Counted from the first letter of the stretch, positions 41,328 through 55,650 are shown. The stretch is DNA of 64,000 bases from Octopus vulgaris (GCA_951406725.2 OX597815.1:62372001-62436000); one strand, 5' to 3'. Made by a program: numbers and translations. Notes: generated by a model not told the origin, from the letters alone.

Positions 41328-41619
41328 GTTCCGAAAGGGAGTTGATTAGCACCTGTCATCTTATCGGAATTTTCTGTCTAATCTCGGTATGGGACGAACT
41401 GTATTTGAGGCATTGAACAATAAAGTTTTTGGTTAATTATCGAATGCTCTCTATTTTCGGTATAAGACGAAATTATGCTATAGACTAACCAACTACGTTT
41501 AACCACAATCTCTTGGCAGTTCCTACTTGATAATACACATACATACATAGGTACATGCATACATACATACATACATAGAGATTTAGGAACAATTATATAT
41601 ATATATATATATATAGATA

Positions 41620-42415
41620 TAGGGAGAGTTTACGAAGAAAACAAAAGACGAAGACAGGTGATGTACAAAACAAACAGATGTATTAGTGTAACGCTCAGGA
41701 ATAAAAAAAAAGTCTTTTACGTTTCGAGCCTACGCTCTTCTACAGAAAGGGACGCAGAAAAAAACAAGTAGAGAAACAAGGAGAGAAAAAATGCGTGTAG
41801 TGGCTAACGAACTATCATGGCGACTGACTCGGACAGAAGGGTCACACACGAATGGGAAAGTAGGAGAGATAGCAAAGTAATGATGAACCCCCAACACGAA
41901 GGTGCGTGAGTGTATAAGAGAGTATGTATGTGCGTGTGAAAGAGGGCTGATGGTCTGGACGTGTGCATGTATGTATGTGTAGGTGTGAAAATGGGGGGAT
42001 GGGTGTGTGGGTGGTGTGTTGAGATGTGATGTGTAATGTTGTATGGTGTAGTGTGGTGTGGTGTGATGTTGTTGGGAGGTGGGGTAGGCGAGAGTTCGGA
42101 AAGCACGGGTGGGGTGTGGATTCGGCTGAGGTTTGGGGCAGAGTTGGGGTTTGTGGGTAGGCAGTGGGTGGGGGTAGAGGTGGGGTACGTGGGAGAGGGT
42201 GTGTGAGATAGGATGGGGGATGGGAGGGATAGGGAAGGTGAAGTAGGAATGTATAGGGGTGGGTGGGCTTATGGGGGGAGGGGACGGTGAGTATGTGAGG
42301 AGAAAGAGGAGGGGAGAAGAGAGAAAGAGAGTAAGCGAGAAGCGGGAAAGAGGGGAGAGAAATAGAGAATGAGAGTAGGGGTGAAGAGAAGTAGGAGGGA
42401 GGGGGAGAAAGAGGA
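41620..42415 (-). mobile_element. Penelope-like pseudo-LTR module between TA tracts
   Basis: Hammerhead-like motif at 41712-41753. Homologous to 45375-45535 in the opposite orientation. Confidence 0.6.
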
Positions 42416-42539
42416 GATATATATATATTCATATATATATATAATAACAAAGGGTAAAATTAATTAATTAAGAAGTAATCAATAATTTCCCCAAGTAGAA
42501 TTCGGCATGAAAAAGGACCATTTCATTGTAAACTTAAGT

Positions 42540-42856
42540 AATACTTAATAAATAGGGTTCAGCAAAGATTTGCTTTACCACATACCGAAGTTTAGAAATA
42601 GCAGCCAAAAAACGTTAGCTATTTCTTCTACTTTAAAAAGGTACTCCCAGAAAAAATCCGAAACGCGCGTCCATAGGTGACCAGATATTGATTGATTTTC
42701 GTTACTTTTCCTCTCTGCCTGTGTGACTGTTTTCAAGTATTTTGTTTTTTCTGGGAGTCCCTTTTTAAAGTAGAAGAAATAGCTAACGCTTTTTGGCTGC
42801 TATTTCTGAACTTCGGTATGTGGTAAAGTAAATCTTTGCTGAACCCTATTTATTAA

Positions 42857-42860
<4 letters not shown>
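42540..42860. repeat. Inverted repeat with arms of about 115 bp around a hammerhead half-site
   Basis: 42541-42657 is the reverse complement of about 42745-42860. The spacer begins CCGAAACGCGCGTCC. Confidence 0.88.
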
Positions 42861-42899
<39 letters not shown>

Positions 42900-43238
42900 T
42901 GTATGTGTGTGCATGTATAAAACACCCTCCCACCTATAATTGTAAGAAATAAAGACAGCAGATTGTAAAAACTAACATAAACAGCCTCTACGTAGATTAG
43001 GTAAACACCTCTAGATGAATAAACACAAAAATTTAACCAATGAACTGCCAGAAACACTAGAACACACACTATTTATAAAAGAATCTAAATACAATACAAA
43101 ATACAGCTGTAGTTGTTCTCGCCTGTAGATCGAAGGGGCGTGTAACTCGACTCAAACGACAAGCTCGCGGTTTCAGTTTCAATGCAAATACCAGATACAC
43201 ACGAACACACATTCACAGATCTTTATGTACTATCTATG

Positions 43239-43917
<679 letters not shown>

Positions 43918-43974
43918 CTAATATAAGGATAAATTTTATGAGTGGCCAGCGTTTCAAAATACCTTGTAAGGGGA

Positions 43975-45185
43975 AAATTATAAACAATTATAAATAAGGG
44001 CAGAATAAAAAATTTTCTTTGCAGCAAAATAGACTTTAGCTCATCTAACCACATACAATACTTTTCATTATAAAGGTATTTTAATATGCTGGCCACTGAT
44101 GAAATTTTTTATATCCTTATATTAGAAGTAAATTTATTACCATTTATTTCGGGACTGGTAACCACTTTGCATGTGTTTCCTGATGACTACATGTGTGTTG
44201 AGGCTTGCTACAGAATTTCCGTTTGGATATATTTGGGGTCATCATCATCATCATTGTTCGACCGTGGTCGAGACAATGGAATTTACCATGCTACGCCAGA
44301 CTTCACGGTCCATCATGGCATTACGGAGGTCCTGTTGCTGGATGCCTGTATCCCTGGAGATTACATCAGGGTAGGAGAGTGTGCGCCCTCTGGTATTGCG
44401 AGTAGATGGCTTCCAGAGGAGAAGAGTAGAAATTACTTCTTTTTCAGCTCTACAACAATGTCCAGCAAACTGGACTCTCCTACCTTTCACAAGAGATGAC
44501 ACAGGTGGTAGTTTCCCATATATTTGCATTTTGGTTGGATGGCGCTTCCACAAGAGATTTTGAGCTCTCATAAGGAGGCGAGTGTAGGTTCCATCCAACC
44601 GCCTCTCAAGCTTCTTTGATAACGTCCAGGTTTCTGAGCCATATAGTAGAATTGGTTCGACTGTGACTTTGAAGATTTCAAGTTTGAAGTCTCTACTAGA
44701 TTTGATGACCAGATCTTATGCATGTCATTACAGGCTGACCAGGCCATACCCTTTCTAGTTAGAAAGTCTTTTCCAGATGAAGATATGTATGACCCAAGAT
44801 ATTTATAATCAGAAACCATATTTAAGGGCGCATTGTTGAGAGTATGGATGATGCAATCACTGTTGGACAGGCACTTGTTTATGGGGTACTTAAATGTACG
44901 CATAACTTTGCATCTACTTTTTCCGTGGGTATATGTAAGTATTCCATTTTTTTCTTCTCGTGTTCCTCGTTGATGAAGGAAAAATCTTTTTGGATTAATC
45001 CAGAAATCGGCCCGATTCGGGGATAACGGAATTTAAAAAATTCCTGTTAGTTTGCTTTCCTCGTTTCAACACGCTGTGTATTTATAGTGAAAAATATTGT
45101 ATGTGGTTAGATGATCTAAAGTCTGTTTTTCAGCATATTGGCAAAGAAAAAGTTTTCTTTTGCCCTTATTCATGATTGTATTTAT
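43975..45185. mobile_element. Penelope-like module with inverted ends of about 100 bp, hosting the RTE insertion
   Basis: 43978-44073 is inverted at about 45081-45184. A hammerhead-like fold lies at 44964-45023. Confidence 0.55.
44239..44875 (-). mobile_element. RTE-clade LINE, 5'-truncated, with a (TGA)n tail
   Basis: DYKYLGSYISSS..KGMAWSACNDMHKIWSS, then a frameshift to DGTYTRLLMRAQN..RRVQFAGHCCR..MMDREVWRSMV. The stop is followed directly by TGATGA repeats. Confidence 0.9.
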
Positions 45186-45530
45186 ATATATATATATATA
45201 CAAAATGGGACAAGAACGCAAAACATTCAAATAGACGATACAAAAAACACGGACGGGTCATTCGAAGCCTCTAATCTTCAGTCAAGAACCGGATCATCCT
45301 CGCGATTTCGGCTGATTAATCTTGAGATAGATAGATAGATAGACAGATATAAATAGATGAACCGCTTAAATCTACAAATGTTTTTCATTCTCTCTTTGTT
45401 TATTTTCTCTTATTTCTTTCTGTTGAAGAGCGTAAGTTCAGAACGTAAAAGACTTTTGTTTTCCCGAGCGTCAAACTAATACACTTACTTGTTGCTCATG
45501 CAACCGTCTTCGTCCTTTTCTATAAATTTC

Positions 45531-45672
<142 letters not shown>

Positions 45673-45673
45673 G

Positions 45674-45706
<33 letters not shown>

Positions 45707-45733
45707 ATATATGTATATATATGTATATATATA

Positions 45734-45804
<71 letters not shown>

Positions 45805-45859
45805 ACGGAGATGTGCTTGCATAACAAGTGACCTCATCTGAGACCGTGTGCTGAAGCAA

Positions 45860-46060
45860 AAACAATTGCAGCATTGAAGGTTATATAAGCCATTTAAAAA
45901 CACACAAAAACCGTTAGATTCACTTTAACATTTAGCTTTAATTTGTCAAAATACTTTTGTCGCTTTGAGACCGCGACCTGTTCACTGACAAAATTCCGTG
46001 CTGCATCTCGGTTTTTGTGTTTTTAAATGGCTTATAACACCTTCCACACTACAATTGTTT
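45860..46060. repeat. Inverted repeat with arms of about 50 bp between TA tracts
   Basis: AACAATTG..GAAGG..TATAAGCCATTTAAAAACAC..AAAAACCG versus CGGTTTTTGTGTTTTTAAATGGCTTATA..CCTTC..CAATTGTT. Confidence 0.8.
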
Positions 46061-46085
46061 ATATATTTGTGTATACATATACATG

Positions 46086-46168
<83 letters not shown>

Positions 46169-46177
46169 ATATATATG

Positions 46178-46240
<63 letters not shown>

Positions 46241-46292
46241 TGTTTTGGGATTTGGTTTGCAAGATTCTTTAAGTGAGTTCGTGTGTTGAAGT

Positions 46293-46580
46293 ATATACTG
46301 TTGTGTCTGGGGAGAGCCATTTTCTTTTTGTGTCTTGTAATTTAATACACTCACCGGTAAAATTTCCAGTTATTCCTTATTTTTATTTTCCTAAAATTTT
46401 TGTTACATCCTGCAACCTTTTCAATAGTCTTCAATAATCAAGACTATTGAAAAGGTTGCAAGACGCAACGAAAATTTTAGGAAAATAAAAATAAGAAATA
46501 AGTGGAAATTTTACCGTTGAGTGTGTTACATTATAAGGCACAAAAAAAGGCCTCTCCCCAGGCACAACAATATATATATC
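46293..46580. repeat. Hairpin of about 290 bp with a very short loop
   Basis: The arms meet at TTCAATAGTCTT-caataatc-AAGACTATTGAA (centre about 46435). Complementarity extends to TGTTGTGTCTGGGGAGAG / CTCTCCCCAGGCACAACA. Confidence 0.92.
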
Positions 46581-46582
46581 TA

Positions 46583-46635
<53 letters not shown>

Positions 46636-47469
46636 TGTGACACACAATAGAGCAGTATCAAAGATATATTAAAGAAAGAAAGCTGAAAGTGAATCACTGC
46701 ATTTCTGTGTTATCATCATCATCATCATCATCACCACCACCACCACCACCACCATCGTCTAGCCCGATAAATTGTTATTTACTTTCTTTACCGGCTTTAT
46801 TCAGTGAAGATCGAGGCCAAGCTGGGACATAGCCCTTCATGGTCTTGTAGTCAATTATATAGCCCACAGTATTGTTTCTTATATTCATTGCCTCTATTTC
46901 GTTAGAGGTGAAATACGGAGTGAACAGTGACGCAAAGGGAGATAATTAGGTAGACTATACATATATAATGCAAGATATTTCCCTTCCAATGTGCCGGTTT
47001 AATTTTTGCCTGCGTTGAAGATATATCCATGACAAGAGATATAAAGGATAAAAATGTATTCCAAGTTTTAATAGTACATTTGACCAAGCAGGGCTGACCT
47101 GAGGCTAAAAAACAAATGAAGATGTTCAGAAGATATCTTTTCAGTTATGTCGACCCGAATGTAATCCACAAGACACCATCTCGAAATTTAAAATATTACC
47201 AACACTAACGTAGTTTCTAGGCGCAACTTTTCATCTATCTAATGATTACTTCTAGCCCTATCATAAACCAAATTATTCTATAATATATACTGCATATCAA
47301 TACATACACGCATACACAAACACACACATATATATGTACATTATATATATATATGTGTGTGTGTGTGTACACACAGTATATATATATTTCTATACATATA
47401 TATATATATATATGTGTGTGTGAGTGTATACACACACATTCGCACACACGCAAAGTAGAATCCTTTGAT

Positions 47470-48060
47470 TTCAATTGTAGCGCTCCAGCCACTGCATAAA
47501 AGCTACATGGAAGTCCTCCAACGTGAAGGTGTGCAGGATTCCTATCACCGCCTCCTTCGTCTTCAGGTTGAGGAATAGCCAAAAGTCTCTGGGAGTAAGG
47601 TCTTGGTTGTAGGGAAGGTGGAGGACAGCTTTGTTGCTTATCTCTATCAAGTACTTGGTGATCATGATGCAATTGTGAACTGGTATGTTGTCTAGCTCTT
47701 CCTGAAATTCCGTCTGGTACACTTTATTGACCGGTTGTTCAGAGGAAACCCAATGGATGTAGATTCTACATCCATAGGGTTCTCTCTGGCAATTGTAGAT
47801 GATACCCTTAATGGGATTGTCATGAGCTTCCCGGCGGACTTGTTTTGAGTGGCATCTTTACCAGCAAAAAACAGTTGCCTCACTAATACAAAATACTCCA
47901 TAAGCGATTTAGAGTATTTCATAAGTTTCTGTACCGTTTTTACCCTGTTTCACGCACAACTTTATTCTTTAGCGAGCTCGGAACAGTCTTCACGTCTGCC
48001 TTTCGCAAACTAGTCAGCTGTGATAAGCAGTGTTTAGTAGGATATGTTCAAAGTGCTGTT
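47470..48060 (-). mobile_element. Decayed mariner transposase remnant
   Basis: HLPYNQDLTPRDFWLFLNLK resembles HPPYSPDLAPSDF.LF..LK, and QNKSAGKLM lies upstream. Confidence 0.75.
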
Positions 48061-48254
48061 ACAACTGTCTCCTTCAAAAGAGATTGACAAAACTTGGTAG
48101 CTCAGTTTATTAGATGTATAGTGATGAAATACTAAAATTACACTAATCTAGGACACACACACACACACACGCACATTGTAGTTTTAGAATACTATTATTA
48201 TACATCTAATAAACTGACCTGCCATATACGTATATATTTGTATTTCATTCTAGG

Positions 48255-48450
48255 TGACCAATTTCAAAGCAATCTCTGTCAAAAACCTTGCAAGTCACAT
48301 GGAGGATTGAAGAGGCATTTAAACATTCATAATAAACAAACGGGGAAATGGAGCGAATACTGAAATGAGACATAGCTGTAGTAATATGTAATCAGCACTT
48401 CAGACGCCTTTCAGCGCGCAAAAGTCATAAAGAGCTGATACTAGGAAAGA
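48255..48450 (+). mobile_element. Decayed zinc-finger C-terminus of an RTE-like LINE
   Basis: FQSNLCQKPCKSHGGLKRHLNIH resembles the fingers at 62708-63031. Confidence 0.5.
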
Positions 48451-48532
48451 GCGATTATACAGACTAGAAGAGGTGAAGCTCGCAATAAAAAAAAGGAACA
48501 AGAATTAGATCGCTTTTAATTTTTAAATAAAT

Positions 48533-48920
48533 TTACTCTTTTACTCTTTTACTTGTTTCAGTCATTTGACTGCGGCCATGTTGGAGCACCGCCTTCAGTC
48601 GAGCAAATCGACCCCAGGATTTATTCTTTGTAAGCCTATCGCTAAGTTACGGGGACGTAAACACACCAGCATCAGTTGTCAAGCGATGTTGGGGGGAGAA
48701 ACACAGACACACAAACATATACACACATATACATACATATATATATATATATAGATATATACGACGGGTTACTTTCAGTTTCCGTCTACCAAATCTACTC
48801 ACAAGGCTTTGGTAGGCCCGAGGCTATAGTAGAAGACACTTGCCCAAAGTGCCACGCAGTGGGACTGAACACGGAACCATGTGGTTCGTAAGCAAGCTAC
48901 TTACCACACAGCCACTCCTA
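48533..48920 (-). mobile_element. SINE family B, near full length
   Basis: Matches 7264-7678. Confidence 0.9.
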
Positions 48921-49137
48921 CGAAATTTTAAAATTTCGAGTTATGTAAGGCTGAAGACTTTAGAAATAAGACGAAATGGTACTATCCACAGCTACCAGTG
49001 ACATTAAAAACTTTATCTTATGAAAAAATAAAAGGATCTGGAAATATAAGTATCTTCTTTGATGATAATTTCTCAACAAGAATATTAAACTTAGAAGCAA
49101 TGCTCTTCCCTTAAGTAGCAATTCCCAGTAATTCTAT

Positions 49138-49191
<54 letters not shown>

Positions 49192-49479
49192 TGTGTGTAT
49201 TGTTGACGGCATAAGAATTATTTCTCGTTTTCTCAAACATTTACAGAATTCTTATGGCGTCAACAACACATACATGCACATATGTATGAGCATATGATCA
49301 AATAAATAAGCAATAAGCGGAGAGAAAGCAAGAGCTGTCACAGAAAGAGAGATAAAGAGAGTGAGTGAGGGAGAGAGAGGGGGAAAGGAAGAAGGGAAGA
49401 AGAGGGAGAGAGAGATGGTGAGAGGGGAATATAACGATGTTGTTATTAAAAGTTGTAGAAGCTAATCTTAAATTTTCAG

Positions 49480-49661
49480 CTTCTCCGTAAAGTACCGAAA
49501 CCGTTCGTCTTTCATCGCACTCTGTCGTTAATTTCCGCTGTTATTCGTCACTCGCCGCAGTCAGTCGGCAAATTACTTTCCTATCGTTCCAGTGTGACGT
49601 TATATATACTGACAACAGTTGACGTCCACCTGTGAGTCATCCTAACAACGTTAAACAGATG
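49480..49661 (+). other. Candidate 5'-UTR exon ending in ATG
   Basis: Branch-like CTAAT (49462-49466), acceptor TTTTCAG (AG at 49478-49479), then 182 nt of unique sequence ending ATG followed by GTAAGT (49659-49667). Confidence 0.35.
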
Positions 49662-50908
49662 GTAAGTTTGGCTTTTGTTATTTATTGTTTTAACAGGCAG
49701 CAGCACAAGTAAAAGAAGCAGTGAAAAGATGCTGGGAATAGCATCATCATCATTCTATTCTGTCATCAACATCATCGTTATCATCGTCATCGACGTCATC
49801 ATCTTCATCATCATCATCGTCATCATCGTCATCGTCATCGTCGTCGTCGCCGTCATCAGCATCTCTTCCACTTCCTTCACCCTTCCGCAAGTCTTTCTGC
49901 AGCTTTAACTATATCGACTCACAAAGGGACATCTATGTAATAACGCGCACACGCGCATTGACCAACCACTCACATACCCACTCAAACACGCACGCACATA
50001 CTAACTTATTAATCGGAAGTAGATAGATCGTATCGGAGGGGTAAGAGAGGAAGTAAATAAAGAGAGAATAGGTGGAATAAACTTACTGTAGTGTGGAGGT
50101 GGCATGTATCCCTTGTTGTACGTAAAGGAGATTGGTGGGGATAGGACTGAAGAGGTAAAAACGAAGATTGGAGGACAAGTATATATAGCACGATATCTCC
50201 ACCAGATCGGTTGTCGTGATGTGTTATTTCGTGTCTGAATGAACTAAATGAAGTATTTTCTAAAGTTATTCAGCGAGCCTACCTTTGTGTCTCTAGATAT
50301 AGCTAGCCTGTCGTCTTTATACATACATTTTAGCATTAATGGGTGGATACTTCTCCCACAAAACATTTTCACAGAAAAGTGTTCAGCAGACGTAACTTCA
50401 AAACCAGCTACAACTAACCCACCGATATAGAAGTTACCACGTATCAACGTACCAAGAAAAACTTCCTACGTTACCACAACTCATCCCGTACTTACATAGC
50501 ATACCTACAAATACTCATATGCAATACATGCATGCATACATACATACATACATACATACATACATACATACATACATACATACATACATACATACATACA
50601 TACATACACACACACTTGCATACATACATAGTGAATGGATGAAAGAAAGACGGGCACTCAGCACATTTACTGGGAGTAACATGTATGGCTCAAAACAGTT
50701 TCATTCATACACCTTGGTACTTCAAGTTTCAAAGCGTGAGGCTAATCCTCAGCCTTTGGAAATTTCCAATGGGCGAGGATTAGCATCATGCTTTGAAACT
50801 TGAAGTGCCAAGGAATTTGAATAAGTTTTTTGTTCCATACACACACACACACAGACACACACACTCACACACATACATACATATATACATAAATACATAC
50901 ATATATAT

Positions 50909-50991
<83 letters not shown>

Positions 50992-50992
<1 letters not shown>

Positions 50993-51142
50993 TGGAGACC
51001 GACTAAAACCTTGAGTAGATTTGGAACACAAACTGAAAAAAATCCCGTCTAATATATGTACATATATGTGTGTGTATGTGTGTCTGTTCCTCAGTACCGC
51101 TTGGAAACCGGTGTTGGTGCGTTTACGTCCCTCTAACTTAAC
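50992..51142 (+). mobile_element. SINE family B fragment, diverged
   Basis: ACCGGTGTTGGTGCGTTTACGTCCC..TAACTTA. Confidence 0.65.
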
Positions 51143-51739
51143 TTCCCATCTCCAGCCTGATGTGATACACACGGATCCGGGTTTCTAAGTATTGACCTGT
51201 CATCAGCGTGTAACAACCACTGGTTTGCGATGTGAAGTGGTTCCCAAATCAAATATATATATATATCCTTTTTCCAGTGACGAAAAGTCACTGATCTCGA
51301 AAAACTAGAAACAAGCAATAATAAATCTCTGAGCAAGGTGTAAACAGTAGCTGCACGACATGGTGAAGTATATTTGCCACCTAAATGTTGCTGAACCATA
51401 TGGGACGATGCTACTGTAGTTGTAGCCCCAGGAAGACATCTCCTTCAGCTGGCTATTGACACAGTTGCTGTGCCCTATCAGTATCTGCAAAGAGAAGTCA
51501 CCCTTCCCATTTCCAGCCTGACGTGATACACACGGACCCGGGTTTCTGTGTGTACAGAGGAACGCGAGGAGACGCCAGCGTCTCAGTATCTTCATATATG
51601 TAGGAGACACCTCAGTTCAGGTACATTGCAATGATATTCCCTGCACTGCCCATCAATATCAACAATGAGGATGATGACGTTGATGTTCTAGTTGAATAAA
51701 TTATGTCAACGCCGCTGAATGGGAAAGAATATTTGCAAA

Positions 51740-51965
51740 TAATCTTTTCTAATCCAGGCAGAAGGCCCGAAATTTTTTGGGTGGGGGCCAATCGATTAGA
51801 TCGATCCCAGTACGCAACTGGTACTTAATTTATCGATCTCATCCCCCCGGAAAGGATGAAAGGCAAAGTCAACCTCGGCGGAATTTGAACTCAGAACGTA
51901 AAGACAGACGAATCACCGTTTTGCATTTCGCCCGGCGTGCTAAAGTTCCTGCCAGCTCGCCGCTT
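51740..51965 (-). mobile_element. SINE family A
   Basis: AACTGGTACTTAATTTATCGA..GAAAGGATGAAAGGCAAAGTCAACCTCGGCGGAATTTGAACTCAGAAC. Confidence 0.88.
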
Positions 51966-52411
51966 TCAAATAATTGTAAACAATATCATTCGTTCCACAA
52001 ACTGAACTCAGTCTATGAATGCATACAATTGTGATCTACATGCCTTAGCTAAAATTATTCAGCTATTCAAGACACTCCAAATGATATATAAAATGACATT
52101 TTAAGACGTGTTATGAGGGCTTTCTGTCATCACCATCTGTATCAGACATCACTTAGTATTTAAACTCTAGAGATCGCGACTACCCGACGACACTGAACTG
52201 TCTCTTACTCGATGGAGAGCATATTTAAACTTATCTGGTGCCATCATGTTATAAAATCATAAGGCGTCACCTGAACTGGCCACTGAAGGCCTGCAATGTT
52301 CTCATTGGGAAATTCGGATTCCGTACTTCTGAAGATGTTGGTGCTCATCTGCGCGTACTTTCTGTCGTACTTTGAGTGTTGCTTTCTGCCGTTTGTTCTA
52401 CTTCCTGTATG

Positions 52412-52452
<41 letters not shown>

Positions 52453-52899
52453 ACGTACATACAGATATTATTATATATTTATTCATTTATACACATGCAC
52501 ATGCGCTGTGATACCCGGTTTCCCATATACACATGCGCAGACACACGCACACAGTCACAGGCATTAACGCAGAAACTCTCATTCCCCATCTCTTTTTTCT
52601 TTCTTTCTTTCTTTCTTCCTTTCTTTCTTTCTCTTTCTTCCTTTCTTTCATTCTCTGTCTGTCTGTATCTCTCTCTCTGTCTCTCTCTCTCTCTCGTTCT
52701 CTCTTTCTCTCTCATGTACATACGCCAGTATTAGTAGTTCCTTGAGACTATTAATTCCAAACGATGCTCGACTTCTGCGAGGAGTCAATGGCACCATGAG
52801 CAAAACCACCGAAACAACAACAACAATGAACATAACCACCATATTGAGCCATCCTGATCCACCATCCACCACCGCCTTCATAACCAGTAGTTCCACAAA

Positions 52900-53024
52900 T
52901 ATGACATTACAGCTATTACAGTAGCAGCAGCAACAACTACAAAAAAAAAAGAATCCGAAAGAACAACAGCTATAACGACGACGATGAAGACGAGGACGAC
53001 GATTATGATGAAGATGGTTATGAC

Positions 53025-53083
<59 letters not shown>

Positions 53084-53926
53084 CGACGATGATGACGATG
53101 ATGATGATGATGATCATGATCATGATCATGATCATGATGATCATGATGATGATAATGTCGATGACGATGATGCTGATGATCATGATGTTGATGATGATGA
53201 TGATGATGATGATGATTATGAGGATGATGATCATGATGATCATGATGACGATGATGATCATGATGACGATGATGTTGATGACGATGCTGCTGCTGCTGCT
53301 GATGCTGATGATGATCACGAGGATGATGATATGATGATGAGGATGATGATGATGATGACAAGGTTGATGACAAGGAGGGTGACGAGGATGACGGTGCTGG
53401 CGCTGATGGCAGCGGAGAAAATGAATAACAATTGCAGAGTCTAATAGAAAAAAAAATTAGAACCAAAAATCCTAAAACGCGTAAAAATTATGAAATAAAT
53501 AAAAGCACAAACGAAGAAGGAAATCGAACATAATTTACTCTTAATATTTTTGTTGTTGATGCTTGTTATTACCATTCCTATCACCATTCCTATTGCTAAT
53601 ATTCTTAATGTTGCTGTTGTTGTTGTTATCATTATTATTGTTGTCATAGATGTTGTTGCTGTTATTATAATTGCTATGGTTGTCGTTGTTGTTGTAATTA
53701 TTTTTAATATCATTATCGTCATCATCATTATCATCGTTATCATCCTCATTATAACCATCATCATTGTCGTCGTCGTCATCATCATCATCATCATCATCAT
53801 CATTAAGTCGTTATCGTCACTATTATTATTATTGTTATTATTATTATTATCATTATTGTTATTATTATTATTATCATTATTATTATTGTTATTATTATTA
53901 TTTATTATTATTATTTATTATTATTA

Positions 53927-54013
<87 letters not shown>

Positions 54014-54030
54014 ACTATTACTACTACTAG
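52900..54030. repeat. Compound trinucleotide arrays (GAT)n, (GTT/ATT)n, (CAT)n, (TTA)n
   Basis: Read directly; the source of the poly-M/H/I/L/Y pseudo-ORFs. Confidence 0.95.
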
Positions 54031-54424
54031 GTTGTATTTTTATTTGAAGGGGACTCCATAGACAATCACTTGTTGCCTATGAGCTTTGAATAGTATTTTT
54101 TCGTCTTCTCCACTTGAAGCTCTTCTGGGCAAATGCCTTCCGTTTTACTTCGGCTCTAAATATGAAGGACTCTTTAAGTGCTCTTGAATAAATAAATAAG
54201 AAATAAATATATAAAGAAATATGATTAAAGAAACATAGATAGAATGATGAATAGATAGAGTGAGAGGGGGTGACAGCGAGGGAGAAAGAGAGACAGCGAG
54301 AAAAAGGCAGTGTGAGACAGAAAAAAGTAGGGAAGACAGACGGATAGGCGTAGAGCAAACATGTAGGAAAAATACAGCAATGCAAACAGTGTCAGAATAT
54401 ATATATATATATGTGTGTGCGCGC

Positions 54425-54465
<41 letters not shown>

Positions 54466-55348
54466 CGTGTGTGTGTATGTATGAATGTATGTATGTATAT
54501 ATATATATGTGTATATATATATATATATATACATATACAAATGCAAATATATTTATACATATATATACACACACACGTATATATATATATATATATACAC
54601 ACATTCACACGCACACACACACATAAATATCTAACTACACACGCGCGTGTGTGTGAGTGTTAGAGTGTGTGTCTGTACACACGCAAACAACCACATGCTT
54701 TTATCCCTTTATTCTTAAAATTTTTTTTTCCTCATTTCAGAAGTAGTCTTGCAACGATGTCGTGTGGACACGTTGAAAGGTCTCGGTTGATTTTACCGAT
54801 TCCAGGCATTTTCTACAGCTTATTTAATCGTTCTCCTTACACAGGAGAAATTAGTTGGCGATTGGCAAAGGGGAGATAACTCTATCAACCATGGACATTG
54901 TACTGTATTTCAGTTCGAATGTAGAATTTGTTTCAGATTGGTAATGCCAATAAGGAAGATATTGTGTAAAAGAAAATGAAGCTAAATTTCCCTCAAATTA
55001 CAAACTAGCATCTGAAAAAACAACGACGAAAAAAAAAAGAAGAATTATTACATTGGATAATCAATAATTTTACGTAGCATTAAACTAAGCTAACGTAATA
55101 GTCTCGACTGCAACTTGTTACATGAACAATTTTTTCCAAGTTTTATTATAAGACATTGACATCAATTTTACTGTCACCTCTGAGAGCCGATGATTTAAAT
55201 GATGCTTCTGACAATGCAAATAAAATATCTGAACAGAGAAGACACACACATACACACACACACATGTACGTATGTATGAACGTATGTATGCATGTGTGCA
55301 TGTATCTATCTAAACACGCACGCACGCGCGCGCACACACACACACACA

Positions 55349-55404
<56 letters not shown>

Positions 55405-55612
55405 AATAATTGCCGATAATTGTCGTAGAAACTGTACTAAATCTCAATGAATCTTTCCACCAAAATTTACTAACAAATCAAAATTCCTACCAGAATAACG
55501 CATGAAGAAAATAAGAGTGTTATCGGTACTTCATCAGAGAAATATCAGTACATTTCGCCGTGCTCATACTCATAAAGCTGAGATTCTTCACGGTAGCAGC
55601 AGCAACAGCAGC

Positions 55613-55650
<38 letters not shown>

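Noticed and set aside
52648-54030. Poly-His, poly-Met, poly-Ile and poly-Leu ORFs
   Set aside because: Trinucleotide microsatellites open in several frames on both strands, with no domain or splice support.
54731-54900. Strong acceptor-like TTTTTTCCTCATTTCAG followed by unique sequence
   Set aside because: No convincing donor or recognisable peptide. It cannot be supported without RNA-seq.
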